A stretch of DNA of 63,868 bases, filler included, from Octopus bimaculoides (Eukaryota): the NCBI RefSeq assembly GCF_001194135.2. It is 5 parts of 5 records of this genome, joined end to end, with 100 filler letters (N's around TTAATTAATTAA, not from the genome) between each part and the next. Parts side by side here need not be neighbours in the genome. Positions count along the whole stretch, not along the records: positions 1 to 22,107 come from NC_068988.1; positions 22,208 to 52,201 come from NC_068990.1; 3 more parts are not named here. One strand, 5' to 3'. Made by a program: the position numbers and the translations under genes. Below, one piece after another: positions 13,880 to 26,629 of this stretch; within the stretch, counting starts at the first letter, position 1; every line of letters starts with the position of its first letter. The notes beneath the pieces were generated by a model. The model made no database searches. It was not told where the DNA came from and saw only the letters and a program-made list of their open reading frames with translations.

Positions 13880-14544
13880 GAGAGTAAGAGAGAGAAAGAG
13901 AGATTAAGTTTCTATGAAATCTATTGTATTCTGTTTGAAAATATCTTGTTTTTGAGAAATGTTTTTGGTTAGAATAAAATATACGATAATATTCCATTAT
14001 GCATGGTATATAAATATGTATCGAACTCGTTACTAAGCCTATATCCCCTTCCTACTACCGACAGAATAAGAAATGTATTGATAGTGGTTTGTTATTCACT
14101 TACCCTGCTTTGATTGTTGTAATTACAAAAATAAACTAAGAGGATCCATAATACAAATAATTGATCCAAACCAACACACTTTCTAAAAATAAGCATCAAC
14201 AAATCATTAATTAATATTTAATAGGAAACATTATTGGCCACCTAACACACTCTCTCTCTCTCTATTTGATTTCCCTCAACAGAGTAGATGTACAACTGCT
14301 TACAAGTTTTGAAGGATGTTCGGTGCTATACTGTTGAGGAGATGCTTCCATTAGATGTGGAGACTATATTAATTACGCACACAAGATACTCGTTCATTTG
14401 CACATAGGCTGACATCTGCTGTTGGTTACGCCCCTTACAGCCACTGCCAAATATTTTACAAGTTGGATGAAATGACAAAATACGAAGTTGTGAGATAATG
14501 ACAGAAGTGAAGTTCGTATTGATTATAATAACAAGGCGACGAGC

Positions 14545-14835
14545 TAGGAGAATCATTAGCTCGTCGTTCTGAATTGAAATTTCACCGTGATCTAATTTGC
14601 CTTTCATTCTTTCGGGGACAATAACACAAATATCAGTTGTTCGCTGGTGTCGATGTAACTGAATTACCACCCGCTCAAACTTACTGGCCTTGTGCCAAAA
14701 TTCGAAATCATTATAAATTATAATAACCTCATGCTTAGTAGCATTTCGTCCTTTGTCTTTCATCCCTTCAGGGTCGATAAAATGTGTACCTGTTGATCAC
14801 TTGATGGCCTCGTGCCAAAAAATAGAAACCGATAT
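14545..14835 (+). mobile_element. Two degenerate SINE family B fragments in tandem
   Basis: Two segments, each with gcctttcat(t/c)ctt(t)c(g/a)ggg and ending in ggcct(t/c)gtgccaaaa. Confidence 0.65.
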
Positions 14836-15530
14836 TAATTATAACAGTTTAATGGAAATGCATTAGAAAAAAGTTTTGTGACTTTAAAATCCAGCATCAA
14901 CGTATCTCATTGAGCGGATTCAAAAGAAACGTCGTACAATATTTTCTCTTCTTGGTTTGTTTAAATCACTTATTTGACTACAACATATCTAATCAGCTCA
15001 GAAAAAAAAAACTATTGCAAAAACTATCCATCTAATATTAAGGGATTATAATGTACTTGTTTACTTTGACCTGAAGTATATAGAAGAAGCGTACTGTGTT
15101 CCATGTGAAGCTATCAAACTCATATTAACTGAATAGACAAATACAATAAAACAACATTTAAAACACAACATGAAAGTTTTCCTTTTAGCGATATTCTCAA
15201 GGCATATAATCTCAAAGATGCCAAAGATGTGCACCCCTTATCTGAAATACGTCTCCATTTTTGGCGGAGTGGGAGGGTTTCCTTTTCTGGAAATTAATGC
15301 AAGGAAGAATATCTTGTATATATCTCAATGGATGCAGAAAATACATATCCTCCCACTGACAAAGTGGAAGCCAAGCTTCTGATAATATTGTAACCAGAAT
15401 CCTTGACATTTTGGTGCACTTAAGAACTATATGCAGATCCGAATTTAACATACATGCATACATAAATGCATGGATACATACATACATGCATGGATACATA
15501 CATACATACATACATACATACATACTATTT

Positions 15531-15592
<62 letters not shown>

Positions 15593-15816
15593 GAACTCTG
15601 ATTTTTATTCCTACCTTGATCACAGTTGCTCGACGAACGACAACGTGAAACTCTGAGTAGCAATTTTTCTGTGATATTTTTGTGATATTTTTGCAGCTGT
15701 AATAATAAACCATATTTTTCCTCCGATATCGCGTACCATTTTTTCCCACCTTGTTTCACATCTATGTGCTTACTCCGGTATCTATACATATGCATGTGTG
15801 TATGTATCTATGTATG

Positions 15817-15870
<54 letters not shown>

Positions 15871-17146
15871 AGAAATGGAGATGTGGGTCGATCTAATCGA
15901 CTGGCTCGCTCCCCCAAAATTCCGCGCCTTGTACCTAGAGTAGAAAAGAATATATTTATCGGGGTGTCAATCATCAAAAATCATTTGCTGTTCTCGTAAT
16001 AGGGTGTGCGTGAGTACAGATCTGCATATATTGATACATGCACCAATAGACATTCATTCGACATAAAGCGCAGGCACTCAGACATAAAGACTAACTACTT
16101 GCATTCATGCACACATATATGTACTCATATCTAAACAAATATCCATAAATACAGACATGCACATATATGTAAATATGCTTATACATTCTTAAACAGCTTA
16201 AGTCATGACACATTGTGCGCATAGAAAAAACGAGAGAGAATTACGTATTAATATATGTTAATTCAAATATGTATTAATCTCTGCTCCTTGAATATAGCGT
16301 GCGTTCAAGCCAAAAGTCTTTCTCTCCTGAACATCCATATTAATGTATCCTACAGTTAGATTTTGTGATTCTATTGTTTCACATACTCACATAACTGGTC
16401 GGCAGAGATGGTATTGCACTATCACTGCTTTTGTGACTGGATCTCAGGTGAAAACATGCATTTATATGCACACTTACGTATGGAAATCTGCAAATGTATA
16501 GGCACAGTACCACAGCACCAACATCTCTACAGCTATTAAAATCATGCAGACACACCCTCATACATACAGTCATATATGCACATACATACACACAATGGCA
16601 AGCAACAGCAGCAGCAGCACCACCACCACCACCACCGCCACCACCACCACCACCACCGCCACCNNNNNNNNNNNNNNNNNNNNNNNNNNNNNNNNNNNNN
16701 NNNNNNNNNNNNNNNNNNNNNNNNNNNNNNNNNNNNNNNNNNNNNNNNNNNNNNNNNNNNNNNNNNNNNNNNNNNNNNNNNNNNNNNNNNNNNNNNNNNN
16801 NNNNNNNNNNNNNNNNNNNNNNNNNNNNNNNNNNNNNNNNNNNNNNNNNNNNNNNNNNNNNNNNNNNNNNNNNNNNNNNNNNNNNNNNNNNNNNNNNNNN
16901 NNNNNNNNNNNNNNNNNNNNNNNNNNNNNNNNNNNNNNNNNNNNNNNNNNNNNNNNNNNNNNNNNNNNNNNNNNNNNNNNNNNNNNNNNNNNNNNNNNNN
17001 NNNNNNNNNNNNNNNNNNNNNNNNNNNNNNNNNNNNNNNNNNNNNNNNNNNNNNNNNNNNNNNNNNNNNNNNNNNNNNNNNNNNNNNNNNNNNNNNNNNN
17101 NNNNNNNNNNNNNNNNNNNNNNNNNNNNNNNNNNNNNNNNNNNNNN

Positions 17147-17184
<38 letters not shown>

Positions 17185-17884
17185 CGCGCATGCATATATA
17201 CACCTATTCATACGTATATATGTGCATATGTGTATGGTGTGGTTGTGCATGATTTTGTGTATGTGTCTCGTCGCATACCGTCACAACCTACGAGAAGAGT
17301 TCTTATTCTCATTTCGTGAGCGACTAATGTTGGGTGAGACGTGACTTGCTAGCTTGTTAGTGCAATATGCTCTATACAATTATTGTCTCAGTTAATATAA
17401 CTAAAGACAGTTAACGTAATTGCATTGGGAATAAAACATAATTTTCTGATGATATAAACCAACAAAATCTATAAAAATATACGAGTATGGAGGAAAGCAA
17501 ACGAGTCATGTGAAATACCATCATATGGCTAAAGAATTTTGAATTATGAAATAATAATTTGGCTTAAATTTATAATTTTATCGCTTTAGCGTCCCATTAT
17601 AGAGAACAATACATTTTTCGCATTACAAGAATAATCACGATGTTTACATATATGTTGCATAAATGCCTCACTAGATCAATTACATTTAATATTGATATAA
17701 ATTGTAGTGAATACTCTATTGAATGCTTAGCGAATAGAGCTATAATCATTCACGACATACGCATTTGCGGACATGATAACATATACGCACACAGACGGAT
17801 ACGCATCGTCATACAAAGCATACATATATATGATAAACAGACGCACACTGACAAGCACATCTATACACATACACACACAAACCT

Positions 17885-17931
<47 letters not shown>

Positions 17932-17977
17932 AACAATATATGAGTATATGCATATATATGTACATGCATGTACGTAC

Positions 17978-18170
17978 CTTCATCCACGTGTACATGTAGA
18001 TACATAACTGGGTACATGACGTGGCAAAAGAACATGGACGAAATGATAAACAAGGTACAACAAACAAGCAAACCACATGGAAACATCTTCATCAGCCGCC
18101 ACGAAACGGTGAATAAGCAAACAAGCAAAAAGGCTGTACAGCCAGACGTGAAGTGTGTATGCATTGAACA
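17978..18170 (-). CDS. Candidate 193-nt exon of an unidentified gene, possibly a membrane protein
   Basis: Strong minus-strand acceptor (tcttctttgtccatcctgtttgtgcttcacag|) and donor (GAAG|gtacgt). The open frame is hydrophobic (CSMHTHFTSGCTAFLLVCLFTVSWRLMKMF...LHVHVDE). No family recognised. Confidence 0.35.
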
Positions 18171-18297
18171 CTGTGAAGCACAAACAGGATGGACAAAGAA
18201 GAGGAGGAAGTAGAATAAAAGTGAGCAACGAGAGGTAGAGAGAGAGAGAGAGTAGTGACAGGTATAGGCGAAGAACAGTAGAGGGAAGAATGAGAGG

Positions 18298-18350
<53 letters not shown>

Positions 18351-18469
18351 GTGTATGTCTGCTTGTATGCATATGAGTAAGTGGACAAACGAAAGAAAGA
18401 GGCATTCATCACATTTAGGTTCCCGTCACTAGTTTATGAAGCATAACTTTGCATGGGACCGAATCAAAC

Positions 18470-18655
18470 AGGTTTAGACGGTGATGTAGGATACGGCTCA
18501 GGTGTTGTTCGGTGGACAAAGAAGGGAAACTAGAAAAGCGAGGACAATCAACGAGGAACTTAACGCCAGAAGCGATACTGACAGACTGTATGTTCCTAGA
18601 AAGAAAGGAGGAAGTGGTCTCATAGGATGCAAGATCTGTGGATGGTATATCAAAT
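18470..18655 (+). mobile_element. R4/Dong-like non-LTR retrotransposon fragment (post-RT region)
   Basis: Translates across a frameshift to YGSGVVRWTKK...LNARSDTDRLYVPRKKGGSGLIGC, matching the typical DRLYxPRxxGGRGL motif. Confidence 0.75.
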
Positions 18656-18662
18656 AGCCGAC

Positions 18663-18693
18663 TGCATCATCATCATCATCATCATCATCATCG

Positions 18694-18731
<38 letters not shown>

Positions 18732-18936
18732 GTCATCATCATCATCATCGTCATCATCGTCATCATCATCATCATCATCATCATCGTCATCATCGTCATC
18801 ATCATCATCATCATCATCATCATCGTCGTCGTCATCATCATCATCATCATCATCATCAACATCATAATCATCATCATCGTCGTCATCATCATCATCATCA
18901 TCAACATCATCATCATCATCATCATCATCCTCATCC

Positions 18937-18968
<32 letters not shown>

Positions 18969-19040
18969 GTTTTACGTCTGGTCTCCATGCTTAGGTGGAC
19001 TGGACGATTCGGTAGCCCCCCACCCCACCACTCACAGCCC
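18663..19040 (-). repeat. ~300-bp (CAT)n tract continuous with a short RTE-type 3' end
   Basis: (CAT)n with CGT interruptions at 18663-18967 joins catcgttttacgtctggtctccatgc, a variant of the (GAT)n-tailed element end seen at 34648, 49705 and 57272. Confidence 0.85.
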
Positions 19041-21084
19041 GATGTAACACTCCATTTCTTCAGTCTTCGCTTCGTTCCTGCGGGAGTTACCTTTAGCAAC
19101 TCTAATAAATTTATGGTATGATTTTTAGTGTATAAATATGTACATATAAACGCCTATGAGATTATAAACATATGCACACACATACACATACACATACACA
19201 CACACGCACACACACACACGTACACACGCGCACACATATACACACACACGGCTATGGTAGAGGACTCTTGCATAGGATTCCACATAATCGGTCTGGACTC
19301 GGAACGATGTGTTTGCGATGCAAGCTTTCTTTTGCGCAGCTACGCCTGCGCAAATACATATCTATGTGATATATAATATGTGATATATAATATGTGATAT
19401 ATAATATGTGATATATGTGATATATATATGGTAAATGCAAAATGAGTTCCCGCTCTACATTATTAGAAAAGGCAAACGATTTGCCGAGCATTAATGAATA
19501 TAGATTCCATCTCTTTTTCGCTTTTTAAACTGAGTTCAATCCTAGTAATTTATACAACACGTTTTTTTAAGAATCATTAACCTCCAACCACAAATTCCAA
19601 GGATTACACAGGCAGGGTGGTTCTCAACCTGTAGCGAATAAATAAACCTAACATATCTACGCTTAAAGTGAATTTGAATATATCTGTTGTTATGGGTGCA
19701 TGCATATATATATATATATTTATATATATATATATATATATATATNNNNNNNNNNNNNNNNNNNNNNNNNNNNNNNNNNNNNNNNNNNNNNNNNNNNNNN
19801 NNNNNNNNNNNNNNNNNNNNNNNNNNNNNNNNNNNNNNNNNNNNNNNNNNNNNNNNNNNNNNNNNNNNNNNNNNNNNNNNNNNNNNNNNNNNNNNNNNNN
19901 NNNNNNNNNNNNNNNNNNNNNNNNNNNNNNNNNNNNNNNNNNNNNNNNNNNNNNNNNNNNNNNNNNNNNNNNNNNNNNNNNNNNNNNNNNNNNNNNNNNN
20001 NNNNNNNNNNNNNNNNNNNNNNNNNNNNNNNNNNNNNNNNNNNNNNNNNNNNNNNNNNNNNNNNNNNNNNNNNNNNNNNNNNNNNNNNNNNNNNNNNNNN
20101 NNNNNNNNNNNNNNNNNNNNNNNNNNNNNNNNNNNNNNNNNNNNNNNNNNNNNNNNNNNNNNNNNNNNNNNNNNNNNNNNNNNNNNNNNNNNNNNNNNNN
20201 NNNNNNNNNNNNNNNNNNNNNNNNNNNNNNNNNNNNNNNNNNNNNNNNNNNNNNNNNNNNNNNNNNNNNNNNNNNNNNNNNNNNNNNNNNNNNNNNNNNN
20301 NNNNNNNNNNNNNNNNNNNNNNNNNNNNNNNNNNNNNNNNNNNNNNNNNNNNNNNNNNNNNNNNNNNNNNNNNNNNNNNNNATATATACGAGTGTGTGTG
20401 TGCGTGTGCGTATGTTTATATTCATACGTGTACGCATACAAAAAAAAACCTACACATGTTATTTATTGGATATCAATATTTAATTTACAACGACGTTTTC
20501 TGTCGTGCGTAAAACAAACATGAACATAGTCAGTTGCCCTTAATAACTTTATTTTATTAAACATAAATGGATACGTGAATAACTAAGTGATGTTGAATTT
20601 GATATGAAATTGTAACATAAATAGAGTTGGCATTTTATGTTCGGAGAGATCCCTGGTGAGTCAAGGCAAACATTCATTATGGTACCTTTTAAGTTGATAA
20701 GTTCCTCTTATTCAAAATGCATCAAAGAAAGCAATTTAACTCATAATAATCCCCATTGCAACTTTCCAATAAACCGATCTGAATATGATCATTTCTCATA
20801 AATATGAAGACGGTGTGTGATAGTCCAAAACTGTTTATTTTTTTATGTAACGATTTTGTTTTATTTTATCGTGGCACATGACAATGTGATTGTGCTAAAG
20901 AAGAGAGTGACAGACGTGTAGAGACAAAAAGAAGCAGAAAGAAAGAGAGAGAAAGAGAGATTACTGGCGATTGATTTGATTCTACGATACGACACGAAAC
21001 CATGTCTAATAATTGACAAAATCGTCCCGTTTAAAATTTGTTATCAATAAAGCGTTTTTCAAATGTCTAACGCTTACTCTCTCA

Positions 21085-21235
21085 CCAGTATTTCAAAATA
21101 TTGGCTCAAGGCCAGTAATTTTGGGGGAAATAGGTAAGTGATACATCGATCCCAGTGTCACCAAAGAATGAAATGCAAAGTCGATCGCGAGTCTTGACCA
21201 GCGTGATAAAGAATCTGCCAGTTTGCCGCCATACT
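21085..21235 (-). mobile_element. Degenerate SINE family B
   Basis: aaggccagtaatttt...catcgatcccagtg...aaagtcga...ctgccagtttgccgcc is the reverse complement of the family B pattern. Confidence 0.6.
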
Positions 21236-21696
21236 ATTTCAAAATATTGATACTGTGACAAATTATATAAGCGCAAAACCTATGAACCGCGTGCTGAAAT
21301 GAGTGTACTGACCAGGGAAGATTATTTTAATCTCCATTGGAATAGTGTTTAAGACCTAAGGACCTTGAATAAATACCGAACAACTTGTATAAATTCCTCT
21401 ATAGATTACACCAGTCCATTAGAGAAAGTACAAGACTAAAGCGTAATATTCTTTCAAGTCGGTATTGTAAATTCATTATTACGATGAAATTTATACATAC
21501 ATGTGGGTGTATTACAAAATATGCGAGTATGAAAAAATTAGAGTTATATCCGAACGAGAATAGATTAAAAAAGGTTATGTAATGTTTTCAATTATGTTTA
21601 TCGTTTTTACTACACAATATGTGTGTGTGTATGTGTGCGTGAGTGTGTGCGTGCATGTGAGTTCCTGTGCACGTCTTACGTTTGTATGTAAGTATG

Positions 21697-21732
<36 letters not shown>

Positions 21733-21785
21733 GCCTTATGTATGTATATTTGTGTGTATATATATATATGTGTGTGTGTGTGTAC

Positions 21786-21823
<38 letters not shown>

Positions 21824-22010
21824 GTGTGTGCGTGTGTGTGTGTATGTGTGTGCGCGTGTGTATGTGTGTGTGTGTTTGGACTTACGAATACGGGTAAGAC
21901 CACAGAACTGTCATGAGTCCGGCTGCAACGCAATACGTCCAGCTGTTGCTGGCCCACCGTGTGCAGAGATACTCAGCTTGATAGGTTGAAATCTTGTCGA
22001 AGCACATACA

Positions 22011-22045
<35 letters not shown>

Positions 22046-22107
22046 GTACATATATACATATATATATACATATACATATACATACATACATATATATATA
22101 TATATAT

Positions 22108-22207
22108 NNNNNNNNNNNNNNNNNNNNNNNNNNNNNNNNNNNNNNNNNNNNTTAATTAATTAANNNNNNNNNNNNNNNNNNNNNNNNNNNNNNNNNNNNN
22201 NNNNNNN
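22108..22207. other. Artificial scaffold linker (44N-TTAATTAATTAA-44N)
   Basis: Exactly 100 bp; the 12-mer has stop codons in all six frames; identical linkers at 52202, 57534 and 62545. Confidence 0.97.
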
Positions 22208-22249
<42 letters not shown>

Positions 22250-22769
22250 TATGCGTATACATACCTATATATGCAAGTGTGCATATGAATAAATACATAT
22301 CTATATATGTTAATATATGTTAATATCTGTGTAATTGTGTGTATTGTGTGTGTTCGCCAGTGTAAGCTTGGGAGCCAAGATGAAATAGGAATAGAGAGAG
22401 AAACAGTTTGTCAGTCTCCAAAGTGCCGTGTATTTTCATCCGTTTTTCTCAAGCATCGTCACTTGTCACAATGTGAAGAAATTGGTAATGACAGGTGAGA
22501 CGGGATGAGGAGGTGGGTTACATCCAAATGTAAATAGATATCAGAAATATGTGAAAGGGAAGGGACAATCTATACATACCTATGTGTGTGTGTATGAGAG
22601 TGTGGTGTGTGTGCATGTGTGTGAGTGCATATACATGTATATATATTCATGCATATATATTGATACACGCACACAGACAGACAGACAGACACACACACAG
22701 ATACACATATATGCACACACAGATATACACACGTGTGTGTGTGTGTGTGTTAATAACACCTGTAAGGAG

Positions 22770-23500
22770 GTGCTTTATCCATTCACCAAAGTGAATGGAG
22801 CCTTGGCCAGGAGGAACTGATGTTGTCAGATGGTATCCATAGTTCATCAGGTGTTTCAACCCTGAACTGTAACACCCTCCTTTCAGTGGGTTAGCAGAGG
22901 TGGCCATATCACTGCTCTTCAATTCCTCCTGGCTTCCAGCTTAACTCTTCTCTCTTACACCAAAGCTAACAAGAGTCTCTTTCAGCTGCCTCTCCCATCC
23001 TGTGAACAGCCACCCTTTGCTCCTTACCTCTCATTCAAATTGCTATAAGAATCCTTCATGCCAACTGAGCAGAGAATCCCTTACAGCCAACCTTGACTGG
23101 GGAAAGCCACACCTGCCATCCCTTCTCCCTGCAATCCTGCAGAAGACTCTCATATCCGGCACACTTCCGTTCATGGGCCACATCACACCTCTCTTCCTGG
23201 GGAAGCTGCAGTCTCTTCCCTAAGTCAACTTTCATATCCCATGGCTGAGATCCATGCAGCAAGCTATGTATTGGTTTTGCTGACTTTACTGGTTTCTCTC
23301 CCTCTTTCATGAACTTTATTGCTGCTGTTGCCTTTCCCTGGTGATGATGTTTCTTGTGCCTTCCATGTGTTCTAGTGAAGCCAGCACTGTTTCTGCATCC
23401 ACATGGGTTGCAGTTGTTACCGTAATATCATCCATGAAGCCCCTTGTTGGCTGCTGACAACAGCTTGATTCCATTCTTGGCCCTTGGGCTTCTCTATTAT
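22770..23500 (-). mobile_element. Internally deleted HERO-like (RLE-type) non-LTR retrotransposon
   Basis: Minus strand: QQPTRGFMDDITVTT (RT FMDD at 23427-23438), then EERCDVAHERKCAGYESLLQDCREKGWQVWLSPVKVGCKGF and EAAERDSC*LWCKR (C-terminal RLE region), then a 3' UTR. Confidence 0.75.
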
Positions 23501-23544
23501 GGCATCATTATGCCCTATTATGGCACTATCTATATCTGCCTTGA

Positions 23545-23685
23545 GAAAGTGCTATGGCTGGCCCAAGGTTATAGTAGAAAACACTTGCCCAAGGTGCCAT
23601 GCAGTGGAACTGAACCGGGAACCCTGTGGTTGGGAAGCAAGCTACTTAACACACAGCCACTCCTGCACCTATATATATATCTATT

Positions 23686-23722
<37 letters not shown>

Positions 23723-23828
23723 ATGTCTGTATTCCCCCCACCCCTGCTTGACAACTGGTGTTGGCATGCCTACATCCCTGTAACCTAGCAGTTTGGCAAA
23801 AGAGTCTGACAGAATAAGTACCAGGCTT
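23545..23828. mobile_element. Two SINE family A fragments (minus-strand head 23545-23665, plus-strand middle 23725-23828)
   Basis: Direct similarity to the adjacent full copy. Confidence 0.8.
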
Positions 23829-24230
23829 GAGTCGTAGGAGTGGTTGTGTGGTAAGTAGCATGCTTACCAACCACATGGTTCCGGGTTCAGTCCCACTGCG
23901 TGGCACCTTCGGCAAGTGTCTTCTACTATAGCCTCGGGCCGACCAAAGCCTTGTGAGTGGATTGGGTAGACGGAAACTGAAAGAAGCCCTTCGTATATAT
24001 ATATGTATGTGTGTTTGTGTGTCTGTGTTTGTCCCCCCAACATCGCCAGACAACCGATGCTGGTGCGTTTACGTCCCCCGTAACTTAGCGGTTCGGCAAA
24101 AGAGACCGATAGAATAAGTACTAGGCTTACAAAAGATTAAGTCCTAGGGTGATTTGCTTGACTAAAGGCGGTGCTCCAGCATGGCCACAGTCAAATGACT
24201 GAAACAAGTAAAAGAGTAAAAAAGAGAGTA
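23829..24230 (+). mobile_element. Full-length, low-divergence SINE family A
   Basis: Head ggagtggttgtgtggtaagtagc...ggttcagtcccactgcgtggcacc, central (TA/TG)n, 3' end ggtgctccagcatggccacagtcaaatgactgaaacaagtaaaagagtaaaa. Confidence 0.92.
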
Positions 24231-24872
24231 AAGACAAAGCATCAAGTTTGGTTCCTTCCACTAAAATCCCTGAAGGTGGTGTCCCAGAATGACCACAGTC
24301 TGGTGACTGCAAAACAAAATTAAAGAATGTGATAATAGAAAAGGGCAGGATGGTCACAGCTGGAACGCCTTTCTCTGTAGNNNNNNNNNNNNNNNNNNNN
24401 NNNNNNNNNNNNNNNNNNNNNNNNNNNNNNNNNNNNNNNNNNNNNNNNNNNNNNNNNNNNNNNNNNNNNNNNNNNNNNNNNNNNNNNNNNNNNNNNNNNN
24501 NNNNNNNNNNNNNNNNNNNNNNNNNNNNNNNNNNNNNNNNNNNNNNNNNNNNNNNNNNNNNNNNNNNNNNNNNNNNNNNNNNNNNNNNNNNNNNNNNNNN
24601 NNNNNNNNNNNNNNNNNNNNNNNNNNNNNNNNNNNNNNNNNNNNNNNNNNNNNNNNNNNNNNNNNNNNNNNNNNNNNNNNNNNNNNNNNNNNNNNNNNNN
24701 NNNNNNNNNNNNNNNNNNNNNNNNNNNNNNNNNNNNNNNNNNNNNNNNNNNNNNNNNNNNNNNNNNNNNNNNNNNNNNNNNNNNNNNNNNNNNNNNNNNN
24801 NNNNNNNNNNNNNNTGTGTGCACCGGTAAAAGCTTAGTGACTTTTAGCTATGCTCCACCTCTCTCCCTCTGT

Positions 24873-24960
<88 letters not shown>

Positions 24961-24969
24961 GTATGTATT

Positions 24970-25190
24970 TATAGATAGATAGATAAATAGATAGATAGGT
25001 AGGTAAGTAGATAGATAGATAGATAGATAGATAAATAAGTAGATAGACAGATAGATGGATAGATAGATAGATAGATAGATAGATGGATAGATAGATAGAT
25101 AAATAGAAAAATAGCTAGCTAGCTAGATAGATAGATAAATTGATAGGTAGATGGATGGATGGATGGATGGATAGATAGATAGATATAAAT
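24970..25190. repeat. (TAGA)n/(GATG)n tetranucleotide microsatellite
   Basis: Directly visible. Confidence 0.95.
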
Positions 25191-25227
25191 TAGTTAAAGG
25201 TTTCATTAAAATCTAGACAGTTCAACA

Positions 25228-26300
25228 TATATCTATCTATCAATCTAGGTTGTCCCTCAGGACACCCCAACACTGTTTCCACATGTTTTCCCTATTTCTC
25301 TCGATCTTCCATAATGGTCCTCAGCTCCTGTACCCCTTCCATACAAGTATCCTCCAGCAAATTGTCGATAAAGGTCGTCTCCCTCCTTCCTTTCCTGGTT
25401 CTTCCTTCTGTTGGTTGCCAGAGCACTAGCTTGTTAGCAATTTCATCGGTGTATCTAATGCAGTATCCAGCTAGCCTCATCCTTCTATTCTGTGTCTTCA
25501 ATGTTACTTTTGGTAGTCCCTGGTATAAATCGGCGTTTGTTGTATGACTCTTCCAGGAAACATCGAGTGCCGTTCTAAGCATCCTTGTATAACAACCATC
25601 CAACTGCTTCTTCAATGCTTTAGTGAGCGTCCATATTTCAGCCCCGTATAGAAGAACAGACTCCACTATTGTCAGAAACAACCCCGCTTTCAATTTCCTT
25701 GCTAACTTTGAACTCCATACCTTCCTCAATTTATGGCATGCACTCCAGCCAAGAGCTTTCCTTACTATGATATCTTTTTCAGTACTTTGTGTCCACGCAC
25801 CAAGGTATTTGAAATTTTCAACTACCATCAGCAACTTACCATTTCTCACTTTCATTGACACAGTCATTTCATGGTTGAATACTTGCAGCTTTGTTTTCTC
25901 TGCATTACAGTACAATCCTACCTTCCCCGATTCCTGCCCTAATCTGCTCAGCACCTCCTGTGCCTGATCTGTCCTCTCTGTTAGTAATGCCAGGTCATCA
26001 GCGTAGTCTAGTTCAGTTACTGTTACTGCTTGATGCCGTCTACTTCTTTGCCTATGCAGTTTGAATCCCATTTCTTCTTCCTTGCCCTCGTACGTTCTAC
26101 ACATTACATAGTCCAGAACGATGGTGAAGAAATAAGGTGCTCGCGTGTTGCCTTGTAATACTCCGGCTTTGACTTCAAAGTATTCTGTCTCTCCATCAGA
26201 AATGATCACTTTTGATTCAGTATGTAGAGGAACGATGATGATACTTAAAGCATATGATATTCCATTAAGAATTCTGAGAACAATATGTCAGCTGTATGAC
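25228..26300 (-). mobile_element. 5'-truncated RTE-clade LINE (RT domains 4-7 plus C-terminus) with an inverted 5' segment
   Basis: ORF 25292-26209: GVLQGNTRAPYFF, YADDLALL, FKYLG, VLLYGAEIWTL, RRMRLAGYC. Short (TAGA) tail near 25228-25245. Plus-strand 26226-26300 encodes the immediately upstream RT segment. Confidence 0.93.
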
Positions 26301-26491
26301 ATCAACATGTAGGATGCCAGAAATGGCTAGGTACAATAACAGGGTTCACAGTGGAGTAAAACAACCATGAGAGTATCATGCTTTTGTAGGATATTGTAGA
26401 TATGTAAGTACCAAATCCAATTTAAACTGTAGATATGACTCAGGGCTGGTTCTAGGGGCAGTGTAGGTATAAAAAAGAACACAATTAGGGT

Positions 26492-26553
26492 TCGAAATTT
26501 ACAGGAACCATGTGGCTTGGAAGCAAACTTCTTACCACACAGCCATGCCTGCA
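26492..26553 (-). mobile_element. SINE family A head fragment
   Basis: ggaaccatgtggcttggaagcaaacttcttaccacacagccatgcctgcacc. Confidence 0.75.
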
Positions 26554-26629
26554 CCTGAAGAGAATCTGGATGAAGATGATAGCCACAGCATCCCTCTATT
26601 TAGGTCATTGATTTAATACTTGTGGATTT

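Noticed and set aside
19365-19425. 14-bp tandem repeat (tatgtgatatataa) x3-4
   Set aside because: An ordinary slippage derivative of AT-rich microsatellite.
20805-20835. tgaagacgg...ccaaaac hammerhead-like remnant
   Set aside because: Lacks C3 and G12 and has no supporting stem I.
22455-22495. Short plus-strand exon candidate (acceptor ...ttctcaag, donor CAG|gtgaga)
   Set aside because: Only about 41 nt, with no recognisable peptide and no partner exons; such signals arise by chance.
25292-26209. 305-aa ORF as a host gene or active reverse transcriptase
   Set aside because: It is a 5'-truncated LINE lacking the endonuclease and RT domains 0-3, and its QGNT deviates from QGD; it is annotated as a mobile element.
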